The notes: a model not told the origin generated them from the letters alone. Shown: positions 50,564 through 63,966, numbered from the stretch's first letter. The stretch: DNA of 64,000 nt from Octopus sinensis (GCF_006345805.1 NC_043005.1:98890001-98954000); one strand, 5' to 3'. Numbers and translations: made by a program.

Positions 50564-52384
50564 TACGACAGGCTTCTTTCAGTTTCCGTCTACCAAATTC
50601 ACTCACAAGGCATTGGTTGGCCCAAGGCTATAGTAGAAGACACTTGCCCAAGATGCCACGCAGTGGGACTGAACCCGGAACCATGTGGCTGGTAAGCAAG
50701 CTACTTACCACACAGCCACTCGAAACAGGTGATACGAGAAAGTGCAGCATTGACAAAACATTTGTAGAGTAAATGATAGGCTAATTCGACTAAGCAACAT
50801 GTCATGTCTCTGTTTGAAGTAAGTATTCCAGGCCCTAACCTGTCATGGAAAATTGGGGGTAGGGGTATGTGATATTTGAACACAGCGAAAAGCTGTCAGT
50901 GGATAGACTCTACTTTGCGGTGGTCAGCACTGTGTCTAACACAACCCATCCTCTGAAATTTTGACACCTCCTTTGGATTTGTTGTCCTACATCACTTATA
51001 AAGTAAACTTGGAGGAACTGTGGTTGTTCATTTGTGGATAATAGGGAAGTGATGAGGTGATAGACTTGCCTTTGAACTTTGAAAGTCAAGGTAAATCCAT
51101 CTTCAACTATCTCCAAATGATGTCATTTGATATGCAGAGTTGTATTGTCTGATATTGTTCAGAAAATCCTTTGACTGGATGAAAGTGCCTTCCAGAAGAT
51201 CCATAAGAGATTGAGGAGGAGCAGGTAGTGCTGGCAATCTTAACTTACTACCTGAGCAGCACATGCCCTTAGTTTCATTTGGAAATTTTAAAGCTTTGCA
51301 GAAATGACAATTTGAGTTTAGTAAACAAAATTACTATTTTTATAAGAATGGGATGGATCATATCTGAAAGCAGCTCCAATTGTGAAGAACGAATTTGTAC
51401 GTAGTCTGTTTCTGAGAGCTTTTCTATTGGACCTCTGTCTCATCATTAAAACAGCGTTTTAATGATTCAGCATTAAGTGCTGCAGCATGCGTTTGCTGAT
51501 CTTGAGAAAGTCTCATCTCCCTTCTCTATTGAGACTCTTGCCTTCGATTTTCTACAATCCTCCTTGCTTTGTACTTGTTTCTGGAGAGAATACGTCTTTT
51601 TTTTGGTGACATATTTTCTTCAATATTGTAAACAAAAAAATTATGAACATAGAAAAAAATTATACATTAATCTCTATTTTTTAAGCAGTTGTATGTATGT
51701 AGTATGTCTTTATTTTTGCATGCAGTATAAATTAACCAAATAGAAGCACGTGTATGAACTGATAATTTGTTGGTAAGTGCTACAATAATTATTATAGATA
51801 AATTTCTTAATATATATATATATATATATATATTAAACACATATTAAATGTTAATTTAAGAGTAAAAATATAATTGTAAATACCTTGCAATGCAGCTGCT
51901 GCGAAAATTATTAACTGGTAATTGAGCAGTAAATGTGTATTTTTATATACCTTGGACCTGTCACCTCATTGTTTTTTTGTCAGCCGTTATGTCAGTCAAC
52001 ACACATACCCTGCCACACCATAAAGACGGAAAGTTACCAATACGTAATGTTGTTCACATTAGGATATAAATTACTCATTTATTTAAAATATAATAGAAAT
52101 AAGATGATTTTAGTGTTATCACATTAGAATTAGAAGTGAAAGAATGAAAGTGAAAATATTATATCACATTACAATATAGATCCTATTCTTTCACTTTTGG
52201 CACGTAATACTGCACCAGTGCCAATGTTATATTGTTTTAATCCAAATGAAAAAAAAAATGACACATTGACACCCATGGAGTCTGATACTATTTACTTTGT
52301 AAGATTTGATTTGATTTGGTTGAGGTATTTGAGAATGCATAGGAAACTGACAGAGAGACAAAGAATTTTATATATGTAGGTAGA
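50219..52384 (-). mobile_element. Internally deleted non-autonomous Helitron with both termini (2166 bp including a nested SINE)
   Basis: Minus strand: A|TC at 52384; hairpin cccgagc-aat-gctggg (50246-50231), 8-nt spacer, CTAG|T ending at 50219. Decayed Rep N-terminus from ATG 51612 (MSPKKRR...AFRYDP...KFPNETKGMCCSGSKLRLPALPAPP...FLNNIRQYNSAYQMTSFG...FKVQRQVYH...FLQVYF). Confidence 0.9.
50302..50721 (-). mobile_element. Full-length CORE-type SINE family B nested in the Helitron
   Basis: Collinear with 38318-38733. Confidence 0.92.
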
Positions 52385-52453
52385 TGAACATTTTCTATAA
52401 CACATGGAGGAAGTCAGCCACTATTACTATTTGAAAGATATTTACTTCTCAAA

Positions 52454-52670
52454 TAGAAAAACGTTAGCACACCGGGTGAAATGCGTAGCTGTATTTCGTC
52501 TGCCGTTACGTTCTGAGTTCAAATTCCGCCGAGGTCGACTTTGCCTTTCATCTTTACGGAGTCGATAAATTAAATACCAGTTATGCACTGGGGTCGATGT
52601 AATCGACTTAATCCGTTTGTCCTTGTTTGTCCCCTCTATGTTTAGCCCCTTGTGGGTAGTAAAGAAATAA
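52454..52670 (+). mobile_element. tRNA SINE family A, tail a, with 16-bp TSD
   Basis: atatttacttctcaaa at 52438-52453 and 52671-52686. Confidence 0.92.
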
Positions 52671-53349
52671 ATATTTACTTCTCAAAGCGAACAATCAGCA
52701 AATAATGTCTTTATGCATTGGCTCACCTGCATGTTTGTTTGCCTCACCTGACTTGCAGCTGAGCCAAGAGAATCTTATCTTTATCAACTGTATACAATCA
52801 TTCTACCATTTCTCAATGTAAATGGTTGATTGCTCATTTTCATTCCAACTTTCCTTTACCATTATTCTTGTCTCATCAATATTTGCCTACAACTAGAGGG
52901 GCATATTACAAGTGTATGGTTTTGATTATTCACCCATCTGAATCAGATGGATCAATGATAAAACATTTAACTGATGAGAATAGTCAGTATAGAAATGGAA
53001 GAGCTCTAACCAGCTAGCTCACTTGAAGTGCTAAGGCAGAGATGGAAAACTGTTTGGGTGGAAGGAAAACTGTTTGTGTGAAGACTAAAGAGTACATTAA
53101 ACTTGCCACCACCACCACCACCACCCAGGCTGCTGTCAATAAGTGTGACTCTTTTCACAGCAATTTTAAACCAGCTAACATACAACTAAAGCACAGCATA
53201 TTATGATAAATTTTTCATTCACTTACATCATCATCATCATTTACTGTCAGCATCCATACTGGCAAAGGTTTAATGGTTTGGTTGTCTTTTCAAGAAAACA
53301 ATCAACCTTATCATCAGATACAAATTTTCACCAAGTTGTTGCATTTGTA

Positions 53350-53915
53350 TTGGATTGTCCGGAAAGTCTGTGCCGATTTTTAAAGGAAATAGAAAGGTCA
53401 ATAAATACTTGCCATTACATTTTTAAACAACCAAATATGAACCATTTTGTTACACAATGTGTCTCCATCTTTCCTTTTACTTGAAAATACCCTCTTCCCA
53501 GAATTGAGGTGGTTTCATGGCAAAGAATTCATCAAGGTATTTTTCTACGTAATTGTAGGAATTGAAATTTTTACCATTAAGACTATTCTGCAGAGACCTG
53601 AATAAGTGGAAATCCGAAGGAGCAATATCTGGTGAATATGGAGGGTGGGGTAACACATCCCAGCCGAGCTGCAGCAATTTTTGTCTGGTTCCCAAAGCAT
53701 CAAGTGCTGAAAATGAACTTTCTTATCTTCCATTTTAAAGGGTTACAGGATTAACACAGGTTATAGGAACATAAAGCTTCTTCCACAAAAAGATAGCTTA
53801 AACTGTGCTCTAAATGGAGGTCTAGTCAAATCCTATTTCATGGACTCAACCATGTTCTAAAATAAGTCTAAAGGTAAGCTACTATAAATCGGCACAAACT
53901 TTCTGGACAACCCAA
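53350..53915 (-). mobile_element. Internally deleted (566 bp) copy of the mariner at 17000
   Basis: Same TIRs, TA on both sides; lacks the 703 bp equivalent to 17222-17924. Confidence 0.95.
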
Positions 53916-54399
53916 TATATCCCAGCATCTGTTTTGACATGGTTTCTGTGGGTGGTTGCTGCTCTTCTTAATGCCAGCTACTTTACACGGTGTACTCGTT
54001 GCCTTCTTGTATCACCAGCACAAGTGACCATTGCCTCATTGTTAAGGTTAAAAGCCTAAAATGGTCCTTGTAACTGAGGAAGAAGAGAGTGAGTGATGAT
54101 TCTGGATAAGGAAGGATGAATGAGGTGAAAGGAACAGATTTATAGTTGTGACAAGATGGGAGAGGAGAGAATGACAGTAGAAGTCATTAATTGGAAGGAG
54201 AGAAGATAGCAGGAAAAAGGGTTAATGACAAGGGGAGTAGAGTGGTTTGTGTAGCTGGGGTCTAGGGTTATCCTGCCTTACAAGAATGAATATGGACAGA
54301 AGATATGAGGGAAAGGGGACAAGGAAGGAGCCATAGACTAAGGTGCAGGGGAGAGATTACTTCTGGTGAGACAGCATTATTAAATCTGGTTGTAACATG

Positions 54400-55520
54400 G
54401 GCATTTTAAGTTTTAATTAGTTCTTCAGACACTCCCTCATCAGTGTTCTCGACAAATTCTAGATATGTGTCAAATATGAGAATGAAGATTTTCACCAATA
54501 TGATGTGGTAAAGCATGAAATCAGCAAACATGTTTGTGAAGTTGAAGGTATCACCTTTTTCTAAATTTCAGTGCAATCTTCCTTACTATCAAAGTTTCTG
54601 GATAGTATCTTTAGATAATCAGCTCCATTTGTAACTTTCTGCTACCTGCAAAGTAAGGCTGAAAAGCTATTGTCATGGTGATATCATACTTTACAAGATC
54701 ATTGAATCTTTGATTGAAAGTGATATTTTTTTGAAGTCTCACAGTTATACTCTTCATTTTCATTAATTATTTTTGTGAACTGTAGAAAGAATTCTTCTGA
54801 AAGTTTCAAGTCAGTAATTTGGGATTTGATATCAACTTGCTGCCTCATCATATGAAGAATTATTACCTTACACTGAAACTGCTGAACTCATTTTGCTTTG
54901 ACTGTCTCACATACAAACGTAACATCTTGATTAAAAGAATTTGTATCTGATGATAAGGCTGATTGTTTTCTTGAATAAAAAAAGTAAATTGTTTTCTCTC
55001 ACAAAGATAAATCATGACTAATACTTGTCCATACAATAACTGATGTACTTTTGTATGATAGATAAATCTATACTAAGGATCTCATCATCACACTTTTGTG
55101 CTGGACCTGGTGATGCCTTCTAGCATTTGCTTGAATATAGATCACACTACTTAAAACTTTTTACAAAGTGTCCTTTAAAATGACAGATTTGGCTCAAGTA
55201 TTTTACTGATGAAAAATGCAATGAAAAGAAAGCAGTATATCTAGATTTGTGCATTGGATGAGAAAACTGAGCATTTGGATCTAAGAGTTCTGTTTTGTGC
55301 AATAAATCTTTCATTCTTGCCCGTTATAGATGGAGCACCATATGTACACACACCATATGTACACACCCCATATGTACACACCCCATATGTACACACATAA
55401 TGTTAGTAAAAATTTGAGTCCTATTTCATGATATTTATCTTGAAACTTATTGGAAAAGTCAATTCCTTATGTTCTTCCCTTAACTGTGTCCTACAGAAAA
55501 CGTTTACTATCAAAAGCTGA
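54400..55520 (-). mobile_element. Decayed hAT (Buster/ZBED5/GTF2IRD2-like) transposase
   Basis: Minus: VCT(Y)GAPSITGKNE.F resembles VCTDGAPSM.G; remnants resembling the H..RWLSRG.VL region. Confidence 0.6.
55338..55397. repeat. 15-bp tandem repeat x4 (ccatatgtacacac[a/c])
   Basis: Units start at 55338, 55353, 55368 and 55383. Confidence 0.95.
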
Positions 55521-56075
55521 GTCACATAATAACTGAGCAGAAAAGGATTAATAGGTTTGTTTAATCAAATACTTATAGTGTCTTTCTTTGTAGTCAGATT
55601 ATTGTAAAAGTTGGCTGCATTATAGAAAAGAGTTTTGTTTTTTAAGGCAAATAGTCATTTGTGCTAAAAATTATGTTGGCATAATTGGTTTTTAATTAAT
55701 TACATAACTTTAAACAACCAGGGAAGATGATGAAAAGAGATGTTAGTAAATTAAATGCAATTAATACCAAACATGGAGATAAAAAACATCACAAATAAAA
55801 TTGTTTTTCCCCAACCTTTTTTTATAGCTTACAAAATTTACAGGTAAGCTGAGTTACTTGCATCAGAAACAATGTAAACAGGTGTGCATGAATTTTAACT
55901 TATGGAGGAACAGAGTTAACTGCTTCTTTTTGTTCACATGCAAATTAGTGCCTCTCAAAACTCAATGGAAAAAAAAAAAGCTGAAACAAAAATTACTCAA
56001 CAGACTTCTCATCAAGTACTTTGTTTCATAATTAATAAATGTCTAACCATTCTTCAAGCAATATATTGAGTCACT

Positions 56076-56291
56076 AAGGTGGTGAGCTGGCAGAAACATT
56101 AGCACGCTGGGTGAAATGCTTAGCTCATTTCATCTGTCTTTATGCTCTGAGCTCAAATTCCACTGAGGTTGATTTTGTCTTACATCCTTTCGGTATCAGT
56201 AAATTAAGTACCAGTTGTATACTGGGGGTCGATCTAATCAACTGGCCCCCTCCTCCAAAATTTCGGGCCTTGTGCCTAGAATAGAAAAGAA
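56076..56291 (+). mobile_element. tRNA SINE family A, tail b
   Basis: Head, core and tail motifs. Confidence 0.87.
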
Positions 56292-56632
56292 TATATTCAG
56301 TTACTTGAAAAATTTGACAACTCCAAGTCAGACATCAGTTGCATGCACAGAAGAAAGATAAATCATTCTGGTTATCAACTCTAACGCTAATAGATTTATC
56401 TTCTCTTAATTTACCAATTAAATCATTGAATACATTGTCACTTAAATTTTTGATAAAAATTCAAGAAAAGTCATATGGTAATGGTGGTGCAGGTACTAAA
56501 TGTTTTCTACTCCTGTCGTTCTGCTGTTTGTTGAAAATGGGGTAGACTTGAACAGAATTTTGTGGCTACCTACCAACTATTGATTTAGTAAATGAAAAAA
56601 TATGACTCACTTAAAGGTATTTAAAAATTGTA

Positions 56633-56846
56633 AAGGTGGCAAGCTGGCAGAAACGTTAGCACGCCGGGCGAAATGCTTAGCAGTATTTCGTCTGTCTTTA
56701 TGTTCTGAGTTCAAATTCCGCCGAGGTCGACTTTGCCTTTCATCCTTTCGGGGTCAAATAAGTACCAGTTACGCACTAGGGTCAATATAATCAACTTAAT
56801 CCGTTTGTCTGTCCTTGTTTGTCCTCTCTGTGGGTAGTAAAGAAAT
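56633..56846 (+). mobile_element. tRNA SINE family A, tail a, with 18-bp TSD
   Basis: aggtattta(a/t)aaattgta at 56615-56632 and 56847-56864. Confidence 0.92.
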
Positions 56847-57628
56847 AGGTATTTATAAATTGTAGTTCATCTGTTGCTAAAATATTGCTCCAAAACTTTG
56901 ATAATGAGAATTCATTGAAAATGTTTTATGGTCATCCACAGGTAGAAAATATGGTGAAATGAATGGGAAACATTAATTCCTGAAACAGAAAAAAGAACCC
57001 CCTTCACTGCTGAAGGAATATGTTATATTTCAGTTAAAACACTGAGTGTAAAAAGAAGGGAATCATCCCAGAAGCTACTGGCAACCGAAGAGGTTTAAAG
57101 TTGTTGATGGTATTCTACGGTTTAGAATATTTTTTTTATTGACTTCACATTCTGGATAGATTCATCTCTTCTGCTGTTTTGAATAACAAAACCTTCTTAC
57201 CAGGTACAATTGTAAATTAATCAAAGCTTAGGGAATGGTGTTAGAAAAGGAGACTTAGCATATGGTTATGATGCTGTGAACTGCTCCTATAATTTTGTTG
57301 AACTTAGCCATCATAAAGAAGAAGATAAGAATGGATCACATTTTAAAAATCAACCGGTGTAAGTAACACTTCATAGAAAAGTGACTGATATATATATTGA
57401 GAGAGAAATAGAGGAACTGTAGTGTTGTCATTTATGAGTATCAACAATAGGGCCAAGGAAAAATAACTCAAGAGAGCATTCTGCATAATATATGGTTCTC
57501 ACCTGAGTCTGCATAGATTCAAAATTACCTGGTTGATTATAGATAATGTACATCCCTACGGGAGTGGTGGCCTCAAATCAAAAGTATAGTGTGACCTATG
57601 AGCAAACAAATTAAAAATTTTGTTTCAA

Positions 57629-57966
57629 ATAGGCACAGGAGTGGCTGTGTGGTAAGTAGCTTGCTTACAAACCACATGGTTCCGAGTTCAGTCCCACTGC
57701 GTGGCACCTTGGGCAAGTGTCTTCTACTATAGCCTCGGGCCGACCAAAGACTTGTGAGTGGATTTGGTAGACGGAAGACCATCGTATATATATATGTGTG
57801 TGTCTGTGTTTGTCACTCCACCATCACTTGACAACTGATACTGGTGTGTTTACATCCCCGTAACTTAACGGTTCGGCAAAAGAGACTGATAGAATAAGTA
57901 CTAGACTTACAAAGAATGGGATCGATTTGTTCGACTAAAGGCGATGCTGCAGCATGACCACAAATC
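57629..57966 (+). mobile_element. CORE-type SINE family B
   Basis: tggctgtgtgg A box, gagttcagtccc B box, accttgggcaagtgtcttc core. Confidence 0.9.
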
Positions 57967-58782
57967 CAAAAAATGGAAGAGTATCCTGTATGCATGAAGC
58001 TAAGTATCTTTTGTGTAAGTATCAGCCTCTTTGATTTCTATTTTTTTTATCGGGTTCAAAAGTAAAAAAAATGTTAGTTTCAAAGGCGTTAAAAAAATTA
58101 GTTAAACATCATTGAAATTTCATGAGGGGACAGGTGTGACCTTGCTTGTATGATATTTTAATCCTGAATGCAATGATTAAAAATGGTTTTGAGTATTCAC
58201 ATGAGAGCCAGAAATGAAATGAAAAATGTGAGCTTGAAATGACTATTTTTATACATAATGGCTCACACGATTCTTTAAAAAAACATAAAAATGAGCATTT
58301 ACTTGATAGATTTTTTTTTTGTCATCTTTCTAATTATATTAAAACTCCAGACAATTTAAGGAAAAATGGGCTTGAATTACCAGCTGAAAGAGCAGAAGCA
58401 TGAGCAGAACACTGGCAATTTAGAACCTTTCAGGTGTAATATATTAAAGAATATTTTTGCATATGGAGTCCTGTAATTTATCACTTCCCAGTGAATCAAT
58501 AAAAAATATATCTATCTAGATATGTTTCTATCTACACACACTCATGTATATATAACATACGTACATACATATATGTGTTTGTATGTATACGTGTGTGTAT
58601 AAGTATACATATATGTATATATCTTTCTATCTATCTATCTATCTCTATATATATAATATGATGGAATATTATTCCAAACTTACAGGGAAACAATTCAATT
58701 TAGAGATACTAAATAAAATTTCACAAAATATAATATATATAAATACATATATATATATAAAAAAGGTGTTTTTTTTCTAATT

Positions 58783-58813
<31 letters not shown>

Positions 58814-58939
58814 GTATGTATATGGCATTTATATAAGCTTAAAGATTGTGACGATCACTGTACAATGACTAAGGAAAATAGTCTAATAAATGGGCGTATA
58901 AGCCCTCGAAAGAAAAAAGGAGGTGGATGTTACTTTTAG

Positions 58940-58970
<31 letters not shown>

Positions 58971-59059
58971 GAGTGTATATATATATGAGTGTATATATAT
59001 ATATATATGAGTGTATATATATATATGAGTGTATATATATATATGTGTGTATATATATA

Positions 59060-59113
<54 letters not shown>

Positions 59114-59115
<2 letters not shown>

Positions 59116-60383
59116 AGGGTTGGACAAAATAATGGAAACACCTTAAAATTTCAAACAAATATATTTTAATATGGGGTAGGGCCACCTTTGGCAATAATTA
59201 CAGCTTCAATTCTACAAGGTATGGACTCATACAAAGTTTGAATTGTTTCCAAAGGAATTTTTGTCCATTCTTCAACTAAAACAGTCTCCAGTTCTTGTAG
59301 TGATGATGGTGAAGGATATCGACTCCTTACATGTTTTTCTAAAATGCACCATAAATGTTCAATAATATTGAGATCTGGGAACTGTGGTGGCCAGATAAGA
59401 TGTTCAACCTCACTAGAATGTTCCTTGTGCCATTCAGTAACAACTTTAGCTATGTGAATTGGTGCATTATCATCATGAAAGATTGTGTTATCCTCCGGGA
59501 ACAGTTCTGCAACCATAGGATGAATTTGATCAGATAAAATGCTTAAATAGTTTTGACTATAAATTCTGCCATGAAGGGAAACCATTGGGCCAGTGGATTT
59601 CCAAGATACAGCCCCCCAACCCAGATCATCACAGATCCTCCTCCATGTTTAACAGTTGGAAGAAGGCAGTCTGGGTCAAGTGCTTCTTTTGGCTGCCTCC
59701 ACACGTATACTTGGCTGGTGGTCAGAAATAGGGTAAAGAATGACTTGAATGAGAAAAAAACATTCTTCCACTGTTCTAGGGACCAATTCTGTAGGTTTTT
59801 ACTCCACACTAAATGCTTTGCAATATTTGTTTTTGAAAGTAGTGGTTTTCTGATCGCAGCCCTGTCATGAAATTTGGCTTTGTGCAGCTCCCAGCAAATG
59901 TTTTTTGTGGAAACTGGGTTCTTGAGGTGGTCATTAAGCTCTGCAGTAAGTTTGGGAGCTGTACTTTTGTGATCCTTTCTAACAATTCATGTAAGAGTTC
60001 GATGGTCTCTATCTGAAAGTTTTGGTTCTCTTCTGTTTTGACGAAGAGGTTTTTCCCTGTTTCTCAAAGGCTGTCATTACTTTGGAGACAGTACTTCTTG
60101 ATCCACCAAACATTTTGGCCGTTTTCATTACGCTAGCACCTGTCATACTAGCACCAACAATTCGACCTCTTAGAAAGTCCGATAGATCTGTCATTTTAAT
60201 GAATATTAATTAGCTTTTTCTGATGATATCTAAAAAGAAAAAGCAATTTTAGCAAAACATATTAAGTAACACTAATAATAAATCAAAAAACATAAAAATA
60301 AACAAGCTTTTGATGGTTTTATAGATATTTCAAAATTATGATGCTAGGATGCTAGGTGTTTCCATTATTTTGTCCAAACCCTG
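59114..60383 (-). mobile_element. Full-length (about 1270 bp) Tc1-like DD34E element with frameshifted transposase (ATG 60194, stop 59166)
   Basis: TIRs ca(a)gggt(t)tggacaaaataatggaaacacct; motifs TVKHGGGSVMIW, FHDDNAPIH, WPPQFPDLNIIEHLW, GGPTPY*; sits beside a (TA)n tract. Confidence 0.95.
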
Positions 60384-60390
60384 TATCATA

Positions 60391-60882
60391 ATCATCATCA
60401 TCGTTTAACGTCCATTTTCCATGCTAGCATGGGTTGGACGGTTCGACTGGGGTCTGGGAAGCCAGGATGTTGCATCAGGCTCCAGTCTGATCTGGCAGTG
60501 TTTCTACAGCTGGATGCCCTTCCTAATGCCAACCACTGTTACCAGCACAGGTGCCAGAGGAGGCTGGCAACGGCCACAATCGGTTTGTGCTTTTTATGTG
60601 CCACCGGCACGGAAGTCAGTCAAGGTGGTGCTGGCATTGGCCACGTTTGGATGGTGCCTTTTACATGCCACCAGCACGGGTATCACAACTACAATTTCCA
60701 TTTGATTTTCATTTTGATGTTGATGTAATTGACTCAATAGTTCTCTTCAAGCACAGCAGGTCACCCAACAATCCAAGGTACTTTTGAATGGTCTGGGGCT
60801 GCTTATGAGAAACTGGTGTAGGAATGATATACGTTTGCACTGGTATGGTCATGTACTACAGATGGGTGAGGAGATCTGTGTG
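60391..60882 (-). mobile_element. RTE 3' UTR copy (60391-60823, minus) with an inverted ORF piece (about 60828-60882, plus)
   Basis: First part is the reverse complement of about 31975-32441; second part matches about 31733-31787 in the same orientation. Confidence 0.8.
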
Positions 60883-61299
60883 TTTATGCATGATTTCTGT
60901 TCACTGGCCAAAAAACGAGGGAATTCCACGTTTTTAACGTTGCTCCTGCTGCTGCTGCTGCCCTCACTGCCATTGCTGTGGTTACTGTTTGGTGCTGTTG
61001 TTGTTGTTGTTGTTGTCACCACTGCTATCATTGCTGTTACTGATAGATGCATTGTTTTTGCTGCAGCTGTTGTTGCTGCTCTTATCACTGATATTACTGG
61101 TGGACACCACCTTTTCCTTGTAGACCATGACCTTGGAACTACACTGACAATCCACTGGGCACCTCACCTCTGTGCAGGGTTTATATATGTGTGTGTGTGT
61201 ATGTGTTGGAGAGAAGTATGTATAGAATGATAATAGTGCACTTTCTGGTGCTCTTAAGAGGCATGTAAGTGTTTCTACAGGAGGCTACTGAATGGGGGA

Positions 61300-62520
61300 A
61301 TGTCTGAGAGAAAGAGAGAGGGATAGAGAGAGTGCCTACTCCATGAAAATGTAATGGAGGGACGAGCCATCCAAGTTGATAACTATAAGGTAGATAGAGT
61401 AATAAGAGATATACAAGTAGGGAAAGCAACTGAACTGGGCCATCAAAGATAATCACTGAAATGCTTAAAATATCTGGCAAAGAGAAATAATGGTAAAGCA
61501 AGTAATACAGAATTGCAGCAAAGGAGAAAGGGTGATGCACCAAAAGGAGATAACTACTGAAGTAATCAAACTATTGGACCAAGTTATGAAAGTTACCGAA
61601 AAGGTCTCACAAAACTGATTAGGGACAAGATTGGTCTCTGTGAGGTGCAGTTTGACTTTGTCTTAGGAAGAGGCACCATTAATGCTGTATTTTTTGTCAG
61701 TGTTTGTAGGAGTAATACATGCTTCAGGATAGGGCTATACTAGCTATGTATGAAGGGCAGTCAGAGAGATGGGAATCAAAAATGAATTCATGATGATGAT
61801 GATCATCATCTTTTAATGTCTGCTTTCCATGCTGGCATGGGTTAGATGGTTTGATTGGAACTGGTAAGCTGGAGAGCTGCACCAGATTCCAGTTTGAATT
61901 CCCTGATGAATTTAGTGTGCAGGTTGAGGTACATCAGGGTTCAGTTCTCAGTCTCACACCTTATAATTTTCCAAGCTACAACAGAATAATTTAAGACCAG
62001 CTGCCTTCAAGAAATTCTGTATGCTAATGATTTTGCTCTTATAGCCAAATTGACTGAAGATTTAAAGCTGATATTCCAGGCATGGAAGGAAAATCTAGAA
62101 TTAAAAGGCCTTAAAGTAAATTTAGTAAAAACAAAAGTTTTAGTAAAGACCTTTATAGTATCAGAGAAATAGTTGTGTTCTATATGCAGAAAAGACATTG
62201 GTAGAATTTCCATTAGGTGTACCTGGTGGAATCGATGTACACCAAAAGGTAGTGTGATTATTAAATACAGGCTAACAGAGCAGGTAGATTTCAAATGCAG
62301 GAGATGCACTGAGGCAGTAAGCCTAAGAATCCTCAGGAAATAGATTCTCTCATATGCCCAGATGGCTCACTAGAAGTGGTTGAGTGCAAGCGTGATAAAA
62401 GTTGCTGTGATAACTACAATAAGAATGGAGAAAGATTAAGGAGCTATTTAGCTTTGCTGGCAACAAAGGACTTATCCCTCAAAATTAGATGCTTGTGTGT
62501 GGAGTGTGTAACTGCATGGC
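61300..62520 (+). mobile_element. Decayed RTE reverse transcriptase fragments, with an internal deletion and a nested tail repeat
   Basis: EMLKISG, IKLLDQVMKVTE, QFDFVLGRGTINAVF, ILYANDFALIA (YADD), WKENLELKGLKVNLVKTKVL. Confidence 0.8.
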
Positions 62521-63752
62521 TTGAAAAAAAAAAAGAAGCAAGCATGCTTTGTTGAATGTGTATGAATAAGAAGAGAGAGAAATTGGGTATAACAAATCAC
62601 ATCACAGTTGACTGTGTGGTCCTTAATCAGATGAAATTATGGAACATCTGACTTGCATGCAAACATTTAACCAGCTCTCTCCCAAACCACAGTTCCACTT
62701 GGACTGTATTAACCAATGAGGTGAGGTTGATATTATCAATGACAACATGACAACTCACTCCTATTTGAACAGTTTACACAGGTTACTTTCTACATTTATT
62801 ATTTAACAGAGAGAGAGAGAGAAAGAGAGAAGCAAAAAGAATATTTTTTATTTCCCCCCTTTTCTGACTGACCGTTCCATTGTAAAACCAGTGGACATTC
62901 ACCTCAATACCCTTCTGCTGTAATGAGTTTTTCCTTTGGTTAAACAATGGAATTGAGACGTTAGTCATTAGAATTGGCATTTCAACATGGTAAAAGCAAA
63001 TGTTAGCATTCCTTTACTGGACAGAGAGAGGACTGGTTTGCACTTGTGCTAATTCTATTGGTTTCACAACTGTAAACCAAACTAACTTCACTGAAATAAT
63101 GAGATGCTGGAAAGCCAATGAAAATGCGATTAAATTCTTCATGCCACAATCAGACAATCACATGTTTAATGATCTGATAATTACATTTCAGTTTTCTGAA
63201 ATTGATTTTAGGTAAAAGAAAAAGAAAGTCGGGCGAAAGATTTCTGGATTCTTCATCAGTTTAATTCCAGTCAACATTGTAAATGGCACAAGTCCATCAG
63301 CTATCATTTTATCCAATCAGCATTTGTGCGTATTTATAAACACCTTAGTTGGATTCTCTCACACGCAATATTCATTTATTTTACACATTCAAGTGAGCAA
63401 CAAAGTTAGTTGAATAGTATACTGGGTCATGAACCAGAATAACAGTGATTAATTTCTTATCAACACTGCACTGTCTGCAACCAAGATACTTCCCTGCTTT
63501 TACTAGTCCAGTCTACACAATGATACGATTCACAAACAATGGAAAGTTGTACAATTTCTCCTGAGTGTAAATAGTGGATGTCTGCTATGAGGTGTCTATG
63601 TTGCATAAAGATGCTGTTTGTGTGCAAAACTTTATCAAATAGTGAAGTGGGGTATGATATACAATACTGCACAAAGCACCACAGAGTGACAAACTGAGTT
63701 CAATTTTTGGTTGGATCTGATTTATTTCAAATTACATTATTGATTCCATTCT

Positions 63753-63966
63753 AAGGTAGCAAGCTGGCAGAATCATTACCATTCTGGGCAAAATGCTTAG
63801 CAGCATTTTCTTTTGGCTTCATGTTCTGAGTTCAAATTCTTCCACGGTCAACTTTGCCTTTCACTCTTGTGTAAAATAAGTACCAAATGAGTACTGGGGG
63901 CATTGTAATTGACTTACCCACACCCACCAAATTTCAAGCCTTGTGTCTATAGTAGAAACGATTATT
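63753..63966 (+). mobile_element. tRNA SINE family A, tail b
   Basis: Head, core and tail motifs. Confidence 0.8.

Noticed and set aside
60784-61230. ORFs of 61-148 aa on both strands
   Set aside because: CTG/TTG trinucleotide low complexity fused to an RTE fragment.
62780-63700. Cluster of 65-71 aa ORFs with a ttttag|gtaaaa donor-like site
   Set aside because: No recognisable domain or consistent exon chain; could belong to a neighbouring gene but is unsupported here.
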